This document shows positions 61,060 through 64,000 of a DNA stretch of 64,000 bases, in pieces. Source of the stretch: Octopus bimaculoides (taxonomy: Eukaryota); the NCBI RefSeq assembly GCF_001194135.2, contig NC_068981.1, positions 190,179,151 through 190,243,150 on the forward strand, written 5' to 3'. The stretch's first letter is position 1. Every line of letters begins with the position of its first letter. A model generated the notes under the pieces. It saw only the letters and a program-made list of their open reading frames with translations. It searched no databases and was not told the origin of the DNA. The translations under genes and the position numbers were made by a program.

Positions 61060-63125
61060 ACAACATCATTTAATTCCATTCTCCAGGACTGGTAAGCTGA
61101 GGGGCTGCACCAGACTCTAGTCTAATTTTGCAAGGATTCTACAGCATGGGTATTCTATTATGTGGTCAGGCATGGGTTCTTTTCATGTGGCACTATATAT
61201 ATATTTGTGTAAGAACAAATCTGCTACACAGTATAATGGGTGCTTTTACATACCACCAGCGTGGGTGCCAGTTGCATGACACCAGTACCTTCCACAACTA
61301 CCATTTCTCTTGACTTGATTGGTCTTCTTCTCAAGCATGGCATATTGCCAAAAGTCTTGGTCATTTATCATTGCCTCTGTTTGGCCCAATGCTGGAAAGG
61401 TGCTTTTTACATGCCACTGGAAAAGGTGCCAGTTATGTAATGCCAGCTTTGGCCACATTGCCTCCATGAAGCCTAACACTCAACAGGTGCATTCCAAGTG
61501 CCACCTGCACAGGTGCCAGTTGCCTCCATGAGACCCAACTCTCAAAAGTGTTTTTTGCATGCCACTGGCATTGGTGCCACAGCTATGATTTCACCAAAGG
61601 TCTCAGTCACTAGTCATTGCTTTTGTAAGGCCCAACATTCAAAGATTCTACTTTACCACCTCATCACATATCTTCCTGGATCAAACTCTTCCACAGGTTC
61701 CCTCCACAGTTACAGATTAGCACTTCTTTATACAACTGTCCTCATCTATACGTATCACATGACCATACCAATGCAGTCATTTCTCTTACCCACCACATCT
61801 GATGCTCCTTATGCCCATTCTTCTGTTGTACATGCATGCTGATACTGCACATCTAGAAAAGCTTGCTAACTTCATTTTTTTCAAGTGTACACATGTCCTC
61901 GGTGATCACAGCCCATGTTCTACTGCTGTGTAGCATAACGGTTTGCACACATACATAATACAACCTGCCTTTCACTCTGAGGAAGAGGCCCTTAGTTGCC
62001 AACAGAGGTAAGAACTCACTGAACTTACCCATCCTATTCTTATTCTTGCAGCTATGCTCTCAGAGCATCCAGCTCTGATACTGACTTGGTCACCTAGATA
62101 ACAGAAACTATCAACTACCTCTAGCGAACCCCCATGGCAGTTGATGGAATCTATTTTCTGTACATTTTTAGTATTTATTGTACCTATGTACCTTCCACAT
62201 ACAAAAACTATTTTCCCTCTGATATTGCTGCACTTCTTATGTGTCCATAGCTTGCACCTTTCCTACAGATTGACCAGAGCCATCTACCTGAGGGAATTTG
62301 TGATTTGTCTGCTTTCTGACTTACTAACACTTTGATCTTTGCGAGAATAACTCTAAAGCTAGGAAAATTCTTGCTTCCACACCTGAAACTTCTCTAGTTC
62401 TGGTAGTGATTCAGCTACAAGAGCAAGGTCATCAGCATAGAGAAGCTCCCAGGGGCATCCAATCTTGAATTCCTCTGTTATTGTTTGGAGGACTATGATG
62501 AACAAGAGAGGGCTGAGGACTGATCCTTAGTGAATCCCTAGTTGTACCCTGAATTCTTTGCCAACCCTCACCTTCCTGACAGCATCCCTGTACATAGCTT
62601 GTACAGCTCTCACCAACCACTGATTTATACCTAATTTCTGCATTGACCACCAGATAAGGGATTGGGAACCCTGTCAAAGGCTTTCTCCAAATCAACAATT
62701 GCCAAGTACAGAGGTTTATCTTTGGCTAGGTATTTCTTCTGCAGCTGCCTTACCAGAAATATAGCACCAGTGGTGCTTCTCTCTGGCACAAAACCAAATT
62801 GTATCTCATCTAGACTAACTCTCTCCCTAATTAGTTGGGCTATGACCTTCTCCATAACTTTCATCACCTGATCTAACAACTTGATACTTCTGTAATTATT
62901 TCTATCTAAGGTGTCACCTTTACCTTTGTAGCAGTTGACTATGGTACACCTGTCAGTGGGTATGACTCCTTTGTGTCACCTGTATAGTTAACCAGGAGGT
63001 TAACTATACAGGTGATAAGGCCATAACCCATACCACTGGATATTTTAAACATCTCAGTGGTTATCCCAGATGGGCCAGGGGCTTTTCTTGTCTTCATTTC
63101 CGTCATGGCTTTGTCTACCATGCTT
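61060..63125 (-). mobile_element. RTE-clade LINE, degenerate, includes RT core
   Basis: KAPGPSGITTEM, QFGFVPERSTTGAIF, VDLEKAFDRVP, GSVLSPLLF, WELLYADDLAL (~62430); same 3' region as 16629-18085. Confidence 0.92.
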
Positions 63126-63139
63126 CTGTCTATTCATCA

Positions 63140-63340
63140 TATGTATATGTGTTTGTCCCCCACCACTGCTTGACAACCGGTGTTGATTTGTTTACATCCC
63201 TGTAACTTAGCAGTTTGGTAAAAGAGACCAATATAATAAATACCAAGCTTAAAATAACAAAAATAAGTTCTGGAGTCATCTCATATATTTCAAGGCAGTG
63301 CCCCAGTATGACCACAGTCTAATGATTGAAACAAGAAAAA
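63140..63340 (+). mobile_element. 3' half of the CORE-type microsatellite SINE (similar halves at ~1000-1160, 4570-4850, 16215-16420; head only at ~60897-61050)
   Basis: ttgtccc...cttgacaacc...cagcatggccacagtc...tgaaacaag block. Confidence 0.75.
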
Positions 63341-63436
63341 GGCGAAAGATAAAAGAGACACTTACCTGAAAAAGGCGAAAGATAAAAGAGACACTTACCT
63401 GAAAAAGGCGAAAGATAAAAGAGACACTTACCTGAA
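63335..63436. repeat. perfect 33-bp tandem repeat, 3 copies
   Basis: gaaaaaggcgaaagataaaagagacacttacct x3. Confidence 0.95.
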
Positions 63437-63685
63437 GTGATTCTGTTCAATATTAACAAACACGAACATCTCCACCAATCAATTAGCAAAGATGGAATTA
63501 AAAATGGATATTTTGGTGTTGTTTTGATTCCACTCCTTCTGTCGTTCTTAGAATGATATCTCAACTTTGGAATTGAGACTGACTTGATAATATTACAACT
63601 CAAACAGTTGTATCATTGTTGTTGTTGTTGTTGTTTTCGTTGCTTTTGTTGTCGTTCTCATAGACACCTTCACCCTCATCATTGA

Positions 63686-63731
<46 letters not shown>

Positions 63732-63796
63732 TTCCTCTTCTTCACCGTCATCATTATCCTCATCACCATCATCATCACCACCACCAACACCACCAC

Positions 63797-63847
<51 letters not shown>

Positions 63848-64000
63848 CATCGTCATCATCGGTATCATCAACCTCCTTATAGCAAAAAAAATAAATAAAT
63901 AAAAAAATATAAAATCTTTGATCATTGATCTGCAACTGAAATCAATCATGTCACATGTCGCCGAGTTGGCAAAAAGAGGACGGAGGACTGTAAGCCTAAT

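Noticed and set aside
63335-63436. CRISPR-like repeats (also 38708-38857)
   Set aside because: Contiguous tandem units without unique spacers, in a eukaryotic context with no cas genes.

Overview
AT-rich, gap-containing eukaryotic scaffold with no recognisable intact protein-coding gene, rRNA, functional tRNA or CRISPR array. The repeat families (tRNA-derived SINEs, RTE tails ending in (GAT)n, dense di/tri/tetranucleotide microsatellites) look like those of a coleoid cephalopod, probably Octopus (inference). Almost all recognisable sequence is decayed, often nested transposable elements: several mariner/Tc1 copies and MITEs, TTAA-flanked piggyBac-type MITEs, a non-autonomous Helitron, a full-length degenerate Chapaev3-like transposon, and RTE, CR1/L2, R4/Dong-like and Penelope-like (PLE) retroelement fragments. 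Most long ORFs in the track are microsatellite or N-gap artefacts. The standout signal is RNA structure: about ten type-I hammerhead ribozyme (HHR) motifs of several families. Two divergent but homologous ~348-bp tandem-repeat units (36158-36680 minus, 37934-38344 plus) each carry a near-canonical minimal HHR and share hairpins with differing sequence, i.e. candidate retrozyme/circRNA-generating elements. A third intact HHR sits in a region bounded by 30-bp inverted repeats (44794-45198), and a tRNA-headed SINE has an HHR-bearing tail. All alignments and folds were done by eye; coordinates of degenerate elements are approximate.
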